A DNA stretch of 64,000 nt from Candidatus Limnocylindrales bacterium (GCA_035559535.1 DATMBG010000058.1:124001-188000), one strand, 5' to 3'. Numbered from the stretch's first letter, positions 49,297-59,507 are shown. Notes: generated by a model not told the origin, from the letters alone. Made by a program: numbers and translations.

Positions 49297-49441
49297 CCGT
49301 ATAGCTTACCCGTTTCCGGTTGAAGAAACTATGCAGGGGAACATGAAAGACCCTTTCGCATTTCATCGATAAAGTAAGTAAGAATGAAGAAGCCTGTAAG
49401 TCCATTTGCCTCGGGAAATGGTGTGAAATTTAGGTCTGCTG

Positions 49442-49887
49442 AAAATTTTTATTACGTTATACCAGTCAAACCCAGAAGGCAGTTCTAAAGTACATCCGAG
49501 TCTAGGAGGTATAAGAGCATCCATTTGGATTTATCTGGGTAACATAAGAGGGATGATTTTATGGGAAGGGAAAAAGTCACGGAAGCCATCAAAAGATGCA
49601 AAGTGTTTATCCTTATGCTCTCAAAAGTGTCGATTAAATCCCCGCATGTGATTAATGGAGTAGCCCAGGCCATAGAATTCGGTAAACCTATTCTACCGGT
49701 TTATTTAGAACCCGTCGAGATCCCAGAACCCTTACAGACTTATCTGATAGGTACACAGCCTATCAAACTTTATCAAGGAAATGAGAAGGAGAATTTTCAG
49801 GCCATGCTAGAGGCCCTGGCTCGGTTAGGAGTAAACATGGGAGATCTGGAAAAACCCGAAGAGGGGACGGCCTTGCTGGTGGGTTAA
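49442..49887 (+). pseudogene. Decayed TIR-domain gene
   Basis: Upstream frame KIFITLY...IWIYLGNIRGMILW shifts into ...EAIKRCKVFILMLSKVSIKSPHVINGV...KPILPVYLE. Confidence 0.7.
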
Positions 49888-50161
49888 CGTGGAAAACAGA
49901 GAAAAACCTTACCCTTAAAAGGAGTGACGGGAGCCGAAGGCCGGAGCGAAGCAAAGGGGACCAGATACCCTCTAGACTTGAAGGGATGGCTTCACAAAGC
50001 CCCCGGAGGTATCGGAGGGTTCAGAACGACAACCTGATGGATCAAGGTTAACTTTTAGGGACCAGATTGTATGATCGTAATTACCTGTAGGAAAACCCAA
50101 AACCTTTGGTAAGACTGAATCCTGGTAAAAGGTTATTCTGTTAAAGAGGAGGAAACAGGTC

Positions 50162-52465
50162 ATGTCTAAATTAGAAAATCCTATCCAAGAGGAACTATCC
50201 AAGGAAAAACCGAAATATAAGGTTATAGGTACGCGTCCTATTCGTCACGATGGGACCGATAAGGTTACAGGAAGGGCCATTTATGGGGCCGATGTAAAAA
50301 TATCCGGGTTATTGCATGGTAAAATTCTAAGGAGCCCGCACGCCCATGCTCGTATTCGATCCATTGATGTAAGTCGGGCCCTGGCATTACCCGGGGTTAA
50401 AGCCGTAGTAACAGCACAAGATCTGCCTCCGGTTGCCGATAAGATCGAGGAACTTGGAGAAGGAGCCGTTAATATAAAATATTTGCAGGAAAATATCCTG
50501 GCCCGGGAGAAAGTCCTCTATAAAGGTCATGCTGTGGCCGGAGTTGCAGCCATCAATCCGCATATTGCCGAAGAAGCTTTAGCTCTGATTGAGGTAGATT
50601 ATGAGGTACTCCCTCCGGTGTTGGAGGTTCGGCAGGCTATGAAAGAAGATGCTCCCTTATTACATCCAGACCTGAAAACCAAGTCCCTGGGTGAGAAAAC
50701 CGATAAAGTCAGCAATATTGCCCAGCATGTCCAATATAAGTTAGGAGATCCCGAGAAGGGATTCCAGGAAGCAGATCTTGTGATAGAAAGGGAGTTTACC
50801 ACCTCTACCGTACACCAGGGATATATTGAGCCGCATAACGCCACAGCCCTGTGGAACGCCGATGGCAATCTGACCGTTTGGTGCAGTACCCAGGGGGCCT
50901 TCATGGCGCAAAAGCAACTTTCCGATGTTCTACAAATACCGGTTTCCAAGATCAAGGTAATTCCGGCGGAGATTGGCGGTGGATTTGGGGGCAAGATCCC
51001 GATTTATCTGGAACCCGTTGCCGCTCTACTTTCTCGAAAGACCGGTCGTCCGGTCAAGATAGTCATGAGTCGGACTGAAGTATTTGAAGGGACGGGCCCC
51101 ACCCCGGCTTCCTATATTAAGGTCAAGATGGGAGTCAAGCGGAATGGACGCATTGTAGCCGCTCAGGCCTACCTGGCTTATGAAGCCGGAGCTTACCCTG
51201 GATCTCCTATAAATCCTGGCTGTATGTGTATTTTCGCTCCGTATAACATCCCCAACGTGTTGATCGATGGATACGATGTGGTTGTAAACAAGCCAAAAAC
51301 CGCGGCTTATAGAGCTCCGGGGGCTACCAACGCTGCATTTGCCAGCGAGACGGTGATTGATGAGATTTGTGAGCAACTGGGGATGGATCCCCTGCAATTT
51401 CGTCTGTTAAATGGGGCGAAAGAGGGGGATCGTAAAGCCGACGGTTTACCTTATCCCCGAATCGGGTATCTGGAAACAGTGGAAGCTGCCATGAAGCACG
51501 AGCATTATCAAACTCCCCTGAAAGGACCGAACCGGGGAAGGGGCGTGGCTTCGGGTTATTGGTTTAATGTGGGTCTTCAGTCCAGTGCCATTATCAGTGT
51601 TAATGCCGATGGTACCGTAAGTCTGGTAGAAGGATCTACAGATATCGGAGGTACCCGTGCTTCTGTTGCCATGCAGGCCGCTGAGGTGTTGGGGATTGCA
51701 GCCGAAGATGTTCGCCCCGTGGTGGGAGATACAGATTCCGTAGGCTATACCGATGTAACCGGGGGAAGTCGGGTCACTTTTGCGACGGGATGGGCAGCCT
51801 ATGAAGCTGCACAGGATGTTAAGCGACAGATGATAGAACGGGCCGCGAAAATTTGGGGGGTTTCCCCGGAAGAAGTCACCTTTGTTGAGGGGGTCTTTCA
51901 GTTGAGTAAAGATCCCGAGAAACGCATGACCTTTAAGGAACTGGCCGCCCAATTATCCAAAACCGGTGGACCGGTTGTAGGTCGAGCTACCGTGGCCCCT
52001 CGTGGGGTAGGAGGAGCCTTTGCCACCCACATCGTAGATGTTGAAGTAGATCCGGAAACCGGAAAAGTCCAGATTCTCCGTTATACGGCTGTCCAGGATG
52101 CCGGAAAGGCGATCCATCCCAGTTACGTGGAAGGGCAGATGCAGGGCGGTGTAGCCCAGGGAATTGGCTGGGCCCTTAATGAGGAGTACTTCTATACCCC
52201 GGATGGACGGATGGCCAATGCCAGTTTCCTCGATTATCGTATGCCAACCTGTTTGGATCTTCCCATGATTGATACAGTGATTGTGGAAGTTCCTAATCCT
52301 GGGCACCCCTTTGGGGTCCGAGGCGTCGGTGAAGTACCTATTGTTCCTCCGGCTGCCGCCATAGCTAACGCCATTTATCGGGCCGTGGGAGTCCGAATGC
52401 GGCATCTCCCCATGTCCCCTGGTCGGGTCCTGGAAGAAATCTTGAAGAAAAATCAGAAATCGTAG
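50162..52465 (+). CDS. Molybdenum hydroxylase large subunit (xanthine dehydrogenase family)
   Basis: DKVTGRAIY, ILRSPHAHARI, IGGGFGGK, AYRAPG, EGQMQGG, GVGE. Confidence 0.95.
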   Translation: MSKLENPIQEELSKEKPKYKVIGTRPIRHDGTDKVTGRAIYGADVKISGLLHGKILRSPHAHARIRSIDVSRALALPGVKAVVTAQDLPPVADKIEELGEGAVNIKYLQENILAREKVLYKGHAVAGVAAINPHIAEEALALIEVDYEVLPPVLEVRQAMKEDAPLLHPDLKTKSLGEKTDKVSNIAQHVQYKLGDPEKGFQEADLVIEREFTTSTVHQGYIEPHNATALWNADGNLTVWCSTQGAFMAQKQLSDVLQIPVSKIKVIPAEIGGGFGGKIPIYLEPVAALLSRKTGRPVKIVMSRTEVFEGTGPTPASYIKVKMGVKRNGRIVAAQAYLAYEAGAYPGSPINPGCMCIFAPYNIPNVLIDGYDVVVNKPKTAAYRAPGATNAAFASETVIDEICEQLGMDPLQFRLLNGAKEGDRKADGLPYPRIGYLETVEAAMKHEHYQTPLKGPNRGRGVASGYWFNVGLQSSAIISVNADGTVSLVEGSTDIGGTRASVAMQAAEVLGIAAEDVRPVVGDTDSVGYTDVTGGSRVTFATGWAAYEAAQDVKRQMIERAAKIWGVSPEEVTFVEGVFQLSKDPEKRMTFKELAAQLSKTGGPVVGRATVAPRGVGGAFATHIVDVEVDPETGKVQILRYTAVQDAGKAIHPSYVEGQMQGGVAQGIGWALNEEYFYTPDGRMANASFLDYRMPTCLDLPMIDTVIVEVPNPGHPFGVRGVGEVPIVPPAAAIANAIYRAVGVRMRHLPMSPGRVLEEILKKNQKS

Positions 52466-52643
52466 GAGTCAGAAGCCGGGGTCAGAAGTCTGAATATTCT
52501 GAACCCCGGTTTCTGACCTCTACGGTTAATCTGCCTTTCATAAGGTAATCTATCCTGGCGAGGAACCCTTGGACAGAACCTGTGAAGTATTCAGAGGCTC
52601 GCCAGGATAGATTACTCGTTTGATTACAAATTCGTAGAAAGAA

Positions 52644-52919
52644 ATGGCTACAGTATGGATTCCCTCGCTCATGCGGTCGCTCACCCATGGAGTGGAAAAA
52701 GTGACCGTATCCGGCTCTACCTTGGGAGAAGTACTGGACAATCTGGATAAGGCTTATCCCGGTCTGAAAAATCGCCTTTGGGAAGAAGGCCGGATTACTC
52801 CTCATGTTACAGTGGTCATAGATGGAGAAATGGGTATTCAGGGATTGTGGTATCCCGTACAGGAACACAGTGAGATTCACTTTCTTCCGGTTATCAGTGG
52901 GGGGGTTGACCTGGATTAA
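52644..52919 (+). CDS. MoaD/ThiS-family sulfur carrier
   Basis: Beta-grasp pattern ending PVISGG with a short VDLD extension. Confidence 0.88.
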   Translation: MATVWIPSLMRSLTHGVEKVTVSGSTLGEVLDNLDKAYPGLKNRLWEEGRITPHVTVVIDGEMGIQGLWYPVQEHSEIHFLPVISGGVDLD

Positions 52920-52931
52920 GGATTCTTAAGT

Positions 52932-53267
52932 TTATTCGATGGCTTCGTCAACCTTCAAGCAAAGTCCCGGAAGTACTTCCGACGTAATCCTGTCTCCGGT
53001 TCCCTATAATCCCAACCGTTCCCATCCATTGAATGAGAGTTTCAAGATTTCTAGAGTCCTGGCCTCGGAAGATACCAGCCAACATTCTCGAACATCTATC
53101 CAGGCATAATCCTTGAGCTTTTTTTCAGCATCCGCTCGGATGTTAGAGGGTGGGAGGATTTTGTATCTCTGTTTTATTTCCGGCATTTCAAGATATTCTT
53201 CGTAGGTTATGTCTTTTGTTTTAAGAGACCTGAGAAATTCTTTACCTTCTTTAAACATTTTCTTCAA
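52932..53267 (-). pseudogene. Uma2-family endonuclease remnant
   Basis: TYEEYLEMPE...RY joined directly to ILPPSN...KLKDYA...ECWLV; in-frame TAG at 53004-53006, then GTGDRITSEVLPGL... Confidence 0.75.
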
Positions 53268-55059
53268 AGGCTAAAAAATAATGCCGCATCTGGGAAGTTT
53301 TACTTACATCCAGTTCCAGAGAGTCCTTTTGAAAAAACACCCCATACTCCCGCATGGCTTGTTCTCGGGTGATATAGCCCCCTTTGACGTCCCGTATGAT
53401 CAACCGGATGGATCGAACAAAAGGACTTCCATAACCGCCGCCTCCTGGAGTTTCCAGATGGATTATATCTCCGGCTTGTAGGGGTATATCCTCTTCAGAG
53501 ATAAGATAAATCACAGAAGGTGTGGCAAATTTGCTCAAAACGGGAGGGACTTTACCTTCAGAGGCTTCTAACCCGTATATATAGTGGGTTCCTCGAATCT
53601 GGAGGACGTACCGACTGCCGGACCCACTCCAACCATTGGCTGCCCCGAAGGGGCGACTGACTCCTCTACCTCCCAGAATGGAAAAGAAGGCCTGACCTCG
53701 CCGTAGGGTAAACGTGCAAACTACTCCAAAACCCCCTCGAAATCGCCCGGCTCCGGCAGAACCTTCCCGGATTTTATATTCTTGAAACAGAAAGGGATAT
53801 CGGGTCTCCAGAACTTCCAGAGAGGGGAGACGGTGAAGGCCTACCAGGGGTGAGCCGTTGGTCAACCCGTCGGCCTGGTTACTGCCGCCATATCCGCCAT
53901 GCAGGGATCCCGTGAATTTGTAGCTTCCGTGGACGGGGTCTTGACCATACAAAGAAAAACTGGTCCCAGTGGAGAAAGATCCGGCTATGGCCCGACCCGG
54001 AGCAGCTTGATGAAAAACTCCAAAAATGACATCTATAATTCGCTGGGATATTTCCAGGACCGAAGCAGATACCGGCTTTGGAAAAGGAGCATTGAGAAAG
54101 GTCTCCTTTGGAACGATAAACTGGAAAGGCTTAAAACTTCCGGCACTCAGCGGGATGTCCGGATAAATATGTTTTAGGGCGAGATAGCAAGAAGACAGAG
54201 TCGTAGGTAGCGTGCTGTTGAAAGGTCCATCGGATGGAGGGTCACTTTCGGAGAAATCCAGGCAGGCCCCTACGTCTGTTACCTGGAACTTCAAGGAGAT
54301 TTTCAGAGGTTTACCGTCGGGTTGATCTCTATCCAGATAATCCGAGAATGTGTAAACCCCCTTGGGAATATCCTGGAGATATCGCCGCATCTCTAACTCG
54401 CTCCGGCGTTGGAGTTCCAGGATACTTTCCTGAACGGCCTTCAAACCATACCGATCTAAAAGTCGGGTTAAGCGTTGAGTTCCCATCTGAAGTGCCTGGA
54501 TTTGAGCCTGGAGATCTCCCAAAAGGATTTTGGGAAATCGACTATTCCCCAGAAGAATTTTCAAAATATTGGAGTCGGGTTGATCTTCTGAACCAAATTT
54601 TACCAATGGGAATCGAACTCCTTCCTGATAAATATCCTGGACTCGGGGAGAGAACCCGGTGGGGCTTCGACTCCCCATATCCAGGTGCTGACCTATGTTG
54701 GCCAAAAAGGCAAAACGATGCCCTTGATAAAAATAAGGTTTGATCAGGGCGATGTGATTTAGGCTGAGGCTACCACTGTAGGGATCGTTGCAGAGGTAGA
54801 TATCCCCTTCGGCTATGGAAGTTTCTTGCTCTAAAAGTTGCTGGATTGTGGTTTCAAGTGCTCCGGTATAAAGCGGATATCCCCGGCTCCCCTGAACCAG
54901 TAAATCCCCAGAACTTCCCGCATAGAGTCCAGAGGCACGATTTTGGCTTTCGGAAATAGCCGGAGAAAAAGCAAATCGCTCAAACCACGTGTCCATTTCC
55001 TCGGCAATTTGCTCTAAACCCCCTTTAATAATCACTAAAGTTAAAGGATTAAGGCCCAT
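53251..55059 (-). CDS. Hydantoinase B/oxoprolinase family protein
   Basis: FSPAISE, CNDPY, YQEG, GSAGAGRFRGG, TPGGGGYG. Confidence 0.9.
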   Translation of the reverse strand: MGLNPLTLVIIKGGLEQIAEEMDTWFERFAFSPAISESQNRASGLYAGSSGDLLVQGSRGYPLYTGALETTIQQLLEQETSIAEGDIYLCNDPYSGSLSLNHIALIKPYFYQGHRFAFLANIGQHLDMGSRSPTGFSPRVQDIYQEGVRFPLVKFGSEDQPDSNILKILLGNSRFPKILLGDLQAQIQALQMGTQRLTRLLDRYGLKAVQESILELQRRSELEMRRYLQDIPKGVYTFSDYLDRDQPDGKPLKISLKFQVTDVGACLDFSESDPPSDGPFNSTLPTTLSSCYLALKHIYPDIPLSAGSFKPFQFIVPKETFLNAPFPKPVSASVLEISQRIIDVIFGVFHQAAPGRAIAGSFSTGTSFSLYGQDPVHGSYKFTGSLHGGYGGSNQADGLTNGSPLVGLHRLPSLEVLETRYPFLFQEYKIREGSAGAGRFRGGFGVVCTFTLRRGQAFFSILGGRGVSRPFGAANGWSGSGSRYVLQIRGTHYIYGLEASEGKVPPVLSKFATPSVIYLISEEDIPLQAGDIIHLETPGGGGYGSPFVRSIRLIIRDVKGGYITREQAMREYGVFFQKDSLELDVSKTSQMRHYFLAFEENV

Positions 55060-55181
55060 GTGTGAACGTATAAAAAGTAAATTGTAAAATATAAATTCCC
55101 TTCTTTACATTTTACAAAATATATATTATATATGATGAAAGGTGGGGTACCTTATCTCTGCATAACAAGATTTTCTGTAAG

Positions 55182-55273
55182 CCATTATTGCGAAGAACGA
55201 GAGCGACGAAGTAATCTTTCAGGTTCTGGAAAGATCTCCTGGATTGTTTCGCTCCTGTCGTTGCTCGCAATGA
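55182..55273. repeat. RPE-like palindromic element
   Basis: ATTGCGA...GCGACGAAGTAATC...GATTGTTTCGCT...GCTCGCAATGA, resembling the widespread GTCATTGCGAG...CTCGCAATGAC palindromes. Confidence 0.7.
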
Positions 55274-55490
55274 TCTACAGAAGAAAATGTTATGCCGGGT
55301 TAAAAGGGCTACCTCCCTAGAATTAAAAAAAGCTAGCATACCTTTCAAAAAGGTAGTATATTAGTAAATTAGGCTACACTAGTTAGCAAGGAGGGTTAGG
55401 TCATTTCAGGTAATATTTATTCCTTTGCCGATTTATTTCAACCTAAAAATGGGTTGACGGCAAGGAATTAAATTCTATGAAAGGATTATC

Positions 55491-55670
55491 GTGGCTAATA
55501 TATACATTAAAGTAAACGGGAGTTTCCCTAAAGCATTACAGGAATTTAAAAGACGATCCGGATTCATTCTCCGGGAATACAAAGAGAGTCAGTATTTTGT
55601 ACCGGCTTCGGTAAAAAGACAGCTCAAGCGGAAACGGAAGCTGAAAAAAAGTAGAGAGTATTCTCGCTAA
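55491..55670 (+). CDS. rpsU: Ribosomal protein bS21-like (divergent)
   Basis: Manual translation MANIYIKVNGSFPKALQEFKRRSGFILREYKESQYFVPASVKRQLKRKRKLKKSREYSR; AAGGA RBS, GTG start; not in the ORF track. Confidence 0.75.
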   Translation: MANIYIKVNGSFPKALQEFKRRSGFILREYKESQYFVPASVKRQLKRKRKLKKSREYSR

Positions 55671-55682
55671 ATTCCTTTTCCG

Positions 55683-55709
55683 CCCCCTCTATAGAGGGGG
55701 TTATTTTTT
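55683..55709 (+). terminator. Rho-independent terminator
   Basis: CCCCCTCTATAGAGGGGG followed by TTATTTTTT. Confidence 0.75.
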
Positions 55710-55889
55710 CTCTCCTGGGTAAATCTTTTCCTGTTTGAGTCCTCTGGGTTTCTTGTAAATTTCTTTCCTTATAGGTTCCCTGATAATTTGATTGACTTTA
55801 TTTCTCGGGCGGGATATCCTGTTATTTTGTTAATAAACTTAAGGGTTTTAGTCGATTTTAACGAAATTTGTTTTAAACGGGGGAACATC

Positions 55890-56333
55890 ATGCCGGCTTT
55901 AACAAAAGAACAGCTTAATGAGTTTTTAATGAAGGGAAACCTGATTGCAAAATTAGCGACCCTTAAAGAGGACGGTGCGCCGTACGTAAACCCTGTTTGG
56001 TATGAGTATGATGGGCAGTATATCTATATTATCGGGAGGGCTCGGGCTCAATTCGTCCATAATATTCGGAAAGATCCCCGGGTTGCAGTTTGTATAGATA
56101 CCCCTACCCCGCCCCATACCCGTGTTCTCATAGAGGGAAAAGCGGAGATCATCGACAAGGACTGGGTCGAAATGGGATACCGGATGGCCCGACGTTACCG
56201 GGGGGAGGTGGAAGGTCCCAAGTATATTGAAAAAACCCTTAACAGACCTCGGGCCATGATTCGAATCACTCCTGAAAAAATCACCTCCTGGACCGGTCCA
56301 GAATGGCATCGGCGTTATTTTGATCCTGAATAA
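55890..56333 (+). CDS. PNPOx-like (PPOX-class) flavin/F420-binding protein
   Basis: LATLKEDGAPYVNPVWY, NIRKDPRVAVCID, RITPEKITSW. Confidence 0.88.
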   Translation: MPALTKEQLNEFLMKGNLIAKLATLKEDGAPYVNPVWYEYDGQYIYIIGRARAQFVHNIRKDPRVAVCIDTPTPPHTRVLIEGKAEIIDKDWVEMGYRMARRYRGEVEGPKYIEKTLNRPRAMIRITPEKITSWTGPEWHRRYFDPE

Positions 56334-56354
56334 AAATGAGGAAGGAGGCCTTTT

Positions 56355-56774
56355 ATGCGTTTTAATCTCTTTCCAACGTTTTACAGGCTGAGCGTTTTAA
56401 CCCTGCTTGTGTTTCTTCTGTCCGGGTGTGTATCTACAAAGGGTAAACCCATTCCAAAGGATTCGGTCGTAAAAATCCAGAAAGGGATTACAACCAAAAC
56501 GGATATTCTTGAACAATTTGGGGCTCCTGACGAGATTTTATATTCTCCCCGAGGGGAAGAAATATTTATCTACAGGTATTCAGAAAAGCTCGACTTGCAT
56601 GCAGGTCAGGCGGTAGGAGTTATTCTCCGGAGGGATGTTCCCGGTTTAGGAACCCTGGTAGACCTGGGAACCCGTCGAGTTTCTGAAAAAGAGGATCGAC
56701 TCATGGTTTTTTTAGATGATAAGGGCATTGTTCAAAATATCGGATTTACCCATGAGACGGGTAAAGGGAAATAA
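56355..56774 (+). CDS. SmpA/BamE-like lipoprotein
   Basis: Lipobox LSGC, GITTKTDILEQFGAP, LMVFLDDKGIV. Confidence 0.75.
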   Translation: MRFNLFPTFYRLSVLTLLVFLLSGCVSTKGKPIPKDSVVKIQKGITTKTDILEQFGAPDEILYSPRGEEIFIYRYSEKLDLHAGQAVGVILRRDVPGLGTLVDLGTRRVSEKEDRLMVFLDDKGIVQNIGFTHETGKGK

Positions 56775-56819
56775 TGAATTTAGGAGTTCCATAGTCCCGC
56801 AGGAATTCCTGTTCCGGCT

Positions 56820-58016
56820 TTAAAATCGGTCTTGACTCAGATACTTCACCGCTGCATAGGCTACGGTTTTAACTCCGGTAACCAGGGCTTCCTCGTCGAA
56901 ATCAAAGTAGGGAGAATGAAGGGGATGGATATGTCCTTTTTCAGGGTTGTGAACTCCGATTTTGATAAAAGTTCCCGGAATGGTCTGACAAAAGGCCCCA
57001 AAGTCTTCTCCCGTCATATGCGGATGGGGAAGACGTAATACCTGATCATCTCCCAAGATTTCACGGGAAGCTTCTTCGACCAGTTGGGTCAGAGCCGGTT
57101 CGTTAAGGGTAGGGGCTACGCCAAGGAGATAGGTAAACTCATATGTGGCTCCCAGCGCCTCTGTTACGCCTTTCACAATCCTTTCGATTCTTTCTCTGAC
57201 ATAGGTCCGGGTTTCCGGTAAAAGGGTTCGAACGGTTCCCCGGAGTTCCACTTCATTGGCAATAATATTGTGTCGGGTACCTCCGTGAACAAGCCCAATG
57301 CTAACCACGACCGGATCCAGGGGATCGGTCATGCGACTGGCGATAAGTTGAATCATATTGATAATCTGGGAAGCAATGACAATGGGATCAATGGTCATAT
57401 GGGGCAGGGCGGCATGACCTCCCTTACCGATAATCTTGAGAGAAAAGGAGTCTGAGGCAGCCATGGAAGGGCCGTAATTCAATCCAATCTGGCCTAATCG
57501 GATAGGGGCCGGCCACATATGGACTCCCAGGATGGCCGAAACTTTTGGGTTTGTCAAAACCCCGTCTTGAATCATCCCTGCAGCTCCTTTCCCACCGGCT
57601 TCCTCGGCAGGTTGAAAGATAAATTTAACGTTTCCAGGAATCTCATTCCGCAGGCTATGAAGAACCCGGGCAGCTCCCAGGATAATGGTAGAATGGCCAT
57701 CATGTCCACAGGCGTGCATGACGCCCTTATGCTTAGAGGTATAGGAAGTTTGGTTCCTTTCTTCGACCGGAAGGGCATCCATATCTCCCCGAAGTCCAAT
57801 GACTTTATCTTCTGAATTTCCTTTGAGTAAAGCCACTACCCCTGTTTTACCCACTCCTGTCTGAACTTCCAGTCCCATATCTCTTAAAGCCCGGGCAATT
57901 TTTTCCGATGTGCGGACTTCTTCAAAAGATAACTCCGGGTATTGATGCAAATCCCGACGAAACTCCGTCAAAAAACTTTTAATCTCCTCAGCCTTCTTGC
58001 TGATTTTTTCTTTCAT
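56820..58016 (-). CDS. M20D amidohydrolase
   Basis: LHQYPELSFEE, RGDMDALP, MHACGHD, FQPAEE, GEDF, LHSP. Confidence 0.94.
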   Translation of the reverse strand: MKEKISKKAEEIKSFLTEFRRDLHQYPELSFEEVRTSEKIARALRDMGLEVQTGVGKTGVVALLKGNSEDKVIGLRGDMDALPVEERNQTSYTSKHKGVMHACGHDGHSTIILGAARVLHSLRNEIPGNVKFIFQPAEEAGGKGAAGMIQDGVLTNPKVSAILGVHMWPAPIRLGQIGLNYGPSMAASDSFSLKIIGKGGHAALPHMTIDPIVIASQIINMIQLIASRMTDPLDPVVVSIGLVHGGTRHNIIANEVELRGTVRTLLPETRTYVRERIERIVKGVTEALGATYEFTYLLGVAPTLNEPALTQLVEEASREILGDDQVLRLPHPHMTGEDFGAFCQTIPGTFIKIGVHNPEKGHIHPLHSPYFDFDEEALVTGVKTVAYAAVKYLSQDRF

Positions 58017-58107
58017 GGGTCTATTTAACCACGAAGAACCCCAAACGCTTCCACAAGTATTGAACCACAGAAAACAGGAAGTAAAGCATTCTTGAGGTTT
58101 TCGTGAC

Positions 58108-59307
58108 TTAGGGTTTGTTTGTTCTCTTAAACTTCTTCAGAGCCTCCACCATACGCTGCATTCCTGTTTCTATGTTTTCATAGGAATTGGCATAGGAAAT
58201 TCGGATATAACCTTCTCCGTAAGTACCAAAGAAAGTTCCGGCAGTTAAGGCCACATGGGCCTCATATAAGAGGTATTTAGCCAGGTCTGCCGATGGAACG
58301 CCGTAGCTTTTAATCGAAGGAAACACGTAAAAAGCTCCCTGGGGGCGAACACAGGTTATTTCTGGAATCTGACTGAGATACTCCAGGACCATCAGCCGTC
58401 TCCGATCAAACTCCTTGACCATGGCATACATAGGTTCCTGGGGGCCTCGTAGTGCCTGGACGGCACCCTTCTGGGCGAAGGAGGTAGCACAGACGGTACA
58501 ATATTGATGAACCCGGATCATGGCTCCGATCAATTCCTTGGGGGCAGCGACATAACCTAACCGCCAGCCGGTCATGGAATAAGCTTTAGAAAAACCGTTG
58601 ATGGTGATGGTTCGTTCTTTCATACCGGGAAAACTCCCGATACTATAGTGCCTGGTTCCTTCATAGACCAGTTTCTCATAAATTTCATCGGATAATACCA
58701 GGAGGTCTTTTTGCCGGGCAAAATCGGCAAGCTGCTCCAACTCTTCTTTGCTCAAAACGACCCCTGTAGGATTGTGGGGACTGGTGATCAGCATGGCCTT
58801 GGTTCTGGGGGTTACAAGAGCCTCCATATCCTCTATCCGCGGTTTAAATCCATGCTCTTCGGTCAGGGGAATGGAAATCGGATTTGCTCCAACCAGCCTG
58901 ATACAATGCTGATAACTGGTCCAGGCCGGATCTGGGATAAGAATCTCATCTCCAGGATCCAGGGTAGCCCATAAAGCCATGAGAATTCCCTCGATGGTCC
59001 CGACTGTAACGATTATCTCGGTATTCGGATCTACCTCCAGGCCGTTGTCTACCCGAAGTTTTTCCGCAATGGCCTCCCGTAATTCGGGAATTCCATAATT
59101 GGAGGTATAATGAACCCAGCCCTGATCCAGGGCATCCTTGGCGGCCTGCTTAATGTGAACCGGGGTATCAAAATCCGGTCTTCCTATTTCCATGTGAATA
59201 ACCTGCTTCCCCTGCTTCTCTAATTTAGCTACTTCTTCGCCCACCGAACGGATAGCTTGAAAGGGAATATGATCCATCCGCCTGGCTATACGGGATCTTG
59301 TAATCAT
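58108..59307 (-). CDS. Class I/II PLP aminotransferase
   Basis: GRPDF, PHNPTG, SDEIYE, FSKAYSMTGWRLG, GAFY. Confidence 0.95.
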   Translation of the reverse strand: MITRSRIARRMDHIPFQAIRSVGEEVAKLEKQGKQVIHMEIGRPDFDTPVHIKQAAKDALDQGWVHYTSNYGIPELREAIAEKLRVDNGLEVDPNTEIIVTVGTIEGILMALWATLDPGDEILIPDPAWTSYQHCIRLVGANPISIPLTEEHGFKPRIEDMEALVTPRTKAMLITSPHNPTGVVLSKEELEQLADFARQKDLLVLSDEIYEKLVYEGTRHYSIGSFPGMKERTITINGFSKAYSMTGWRLGYVAAPKELIGAMIRVHQYCTVCATSFAQKGAVQALRGPQEPMYAMVKEFDRRRLMVLEYLSQIPEITCVRPQGAFYVFPSIKSYGVPSADLAKYLLYEAHVALTAGTFFGTYGEGYIRISYANSYENIETGMQRMVEALKKFKRTNKP

Positions 59308-59328
59308 TTTGATCTATCTCCTTGAATA

Positions 59329-59450
59329 AGGTAGAAGTATGGGAGTATGGGGGTATGGGAGTAAATTTTCCCGCACTTCGACACTTCCACACTTCTTACT
59401 TCCGCACTTCCACACTCCCATACTCCCACACTTCCATACTTCTACACTTC
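59329..59450. repeat. 8-nt tandem-repeat palindrome (GGGAGTAT family)
   Basis: ggtagaagtatgggagtatgggggtatgggag followed by about 8 ACTTCCAC/ACTCCCAT-like units. Confidence 0.9.
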
Positions 59451-59507
59451 CCCCTTTGAGTAAGTAAATATTTTTTCTCTGTTCCCTCAGTCAAAGAGTC
59501 CAAACGT

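Noticed and set aside
50599..52405. Several 120-170 aa minus-strand ORFs
   Set aside because: Antisense shadows of the molybdoenzyme large subunit.
47611..52465. Aerobic CO dehydrogenase call
   Set aside because: Active-site loop is AYRAPG and cox accessory genes are absent.
53004..53006. Pyrrolysine read-through of TAG in the Uma2 fragment
   Set aside because: The gene also has a large internal deletion; decay is the simpler explanation.
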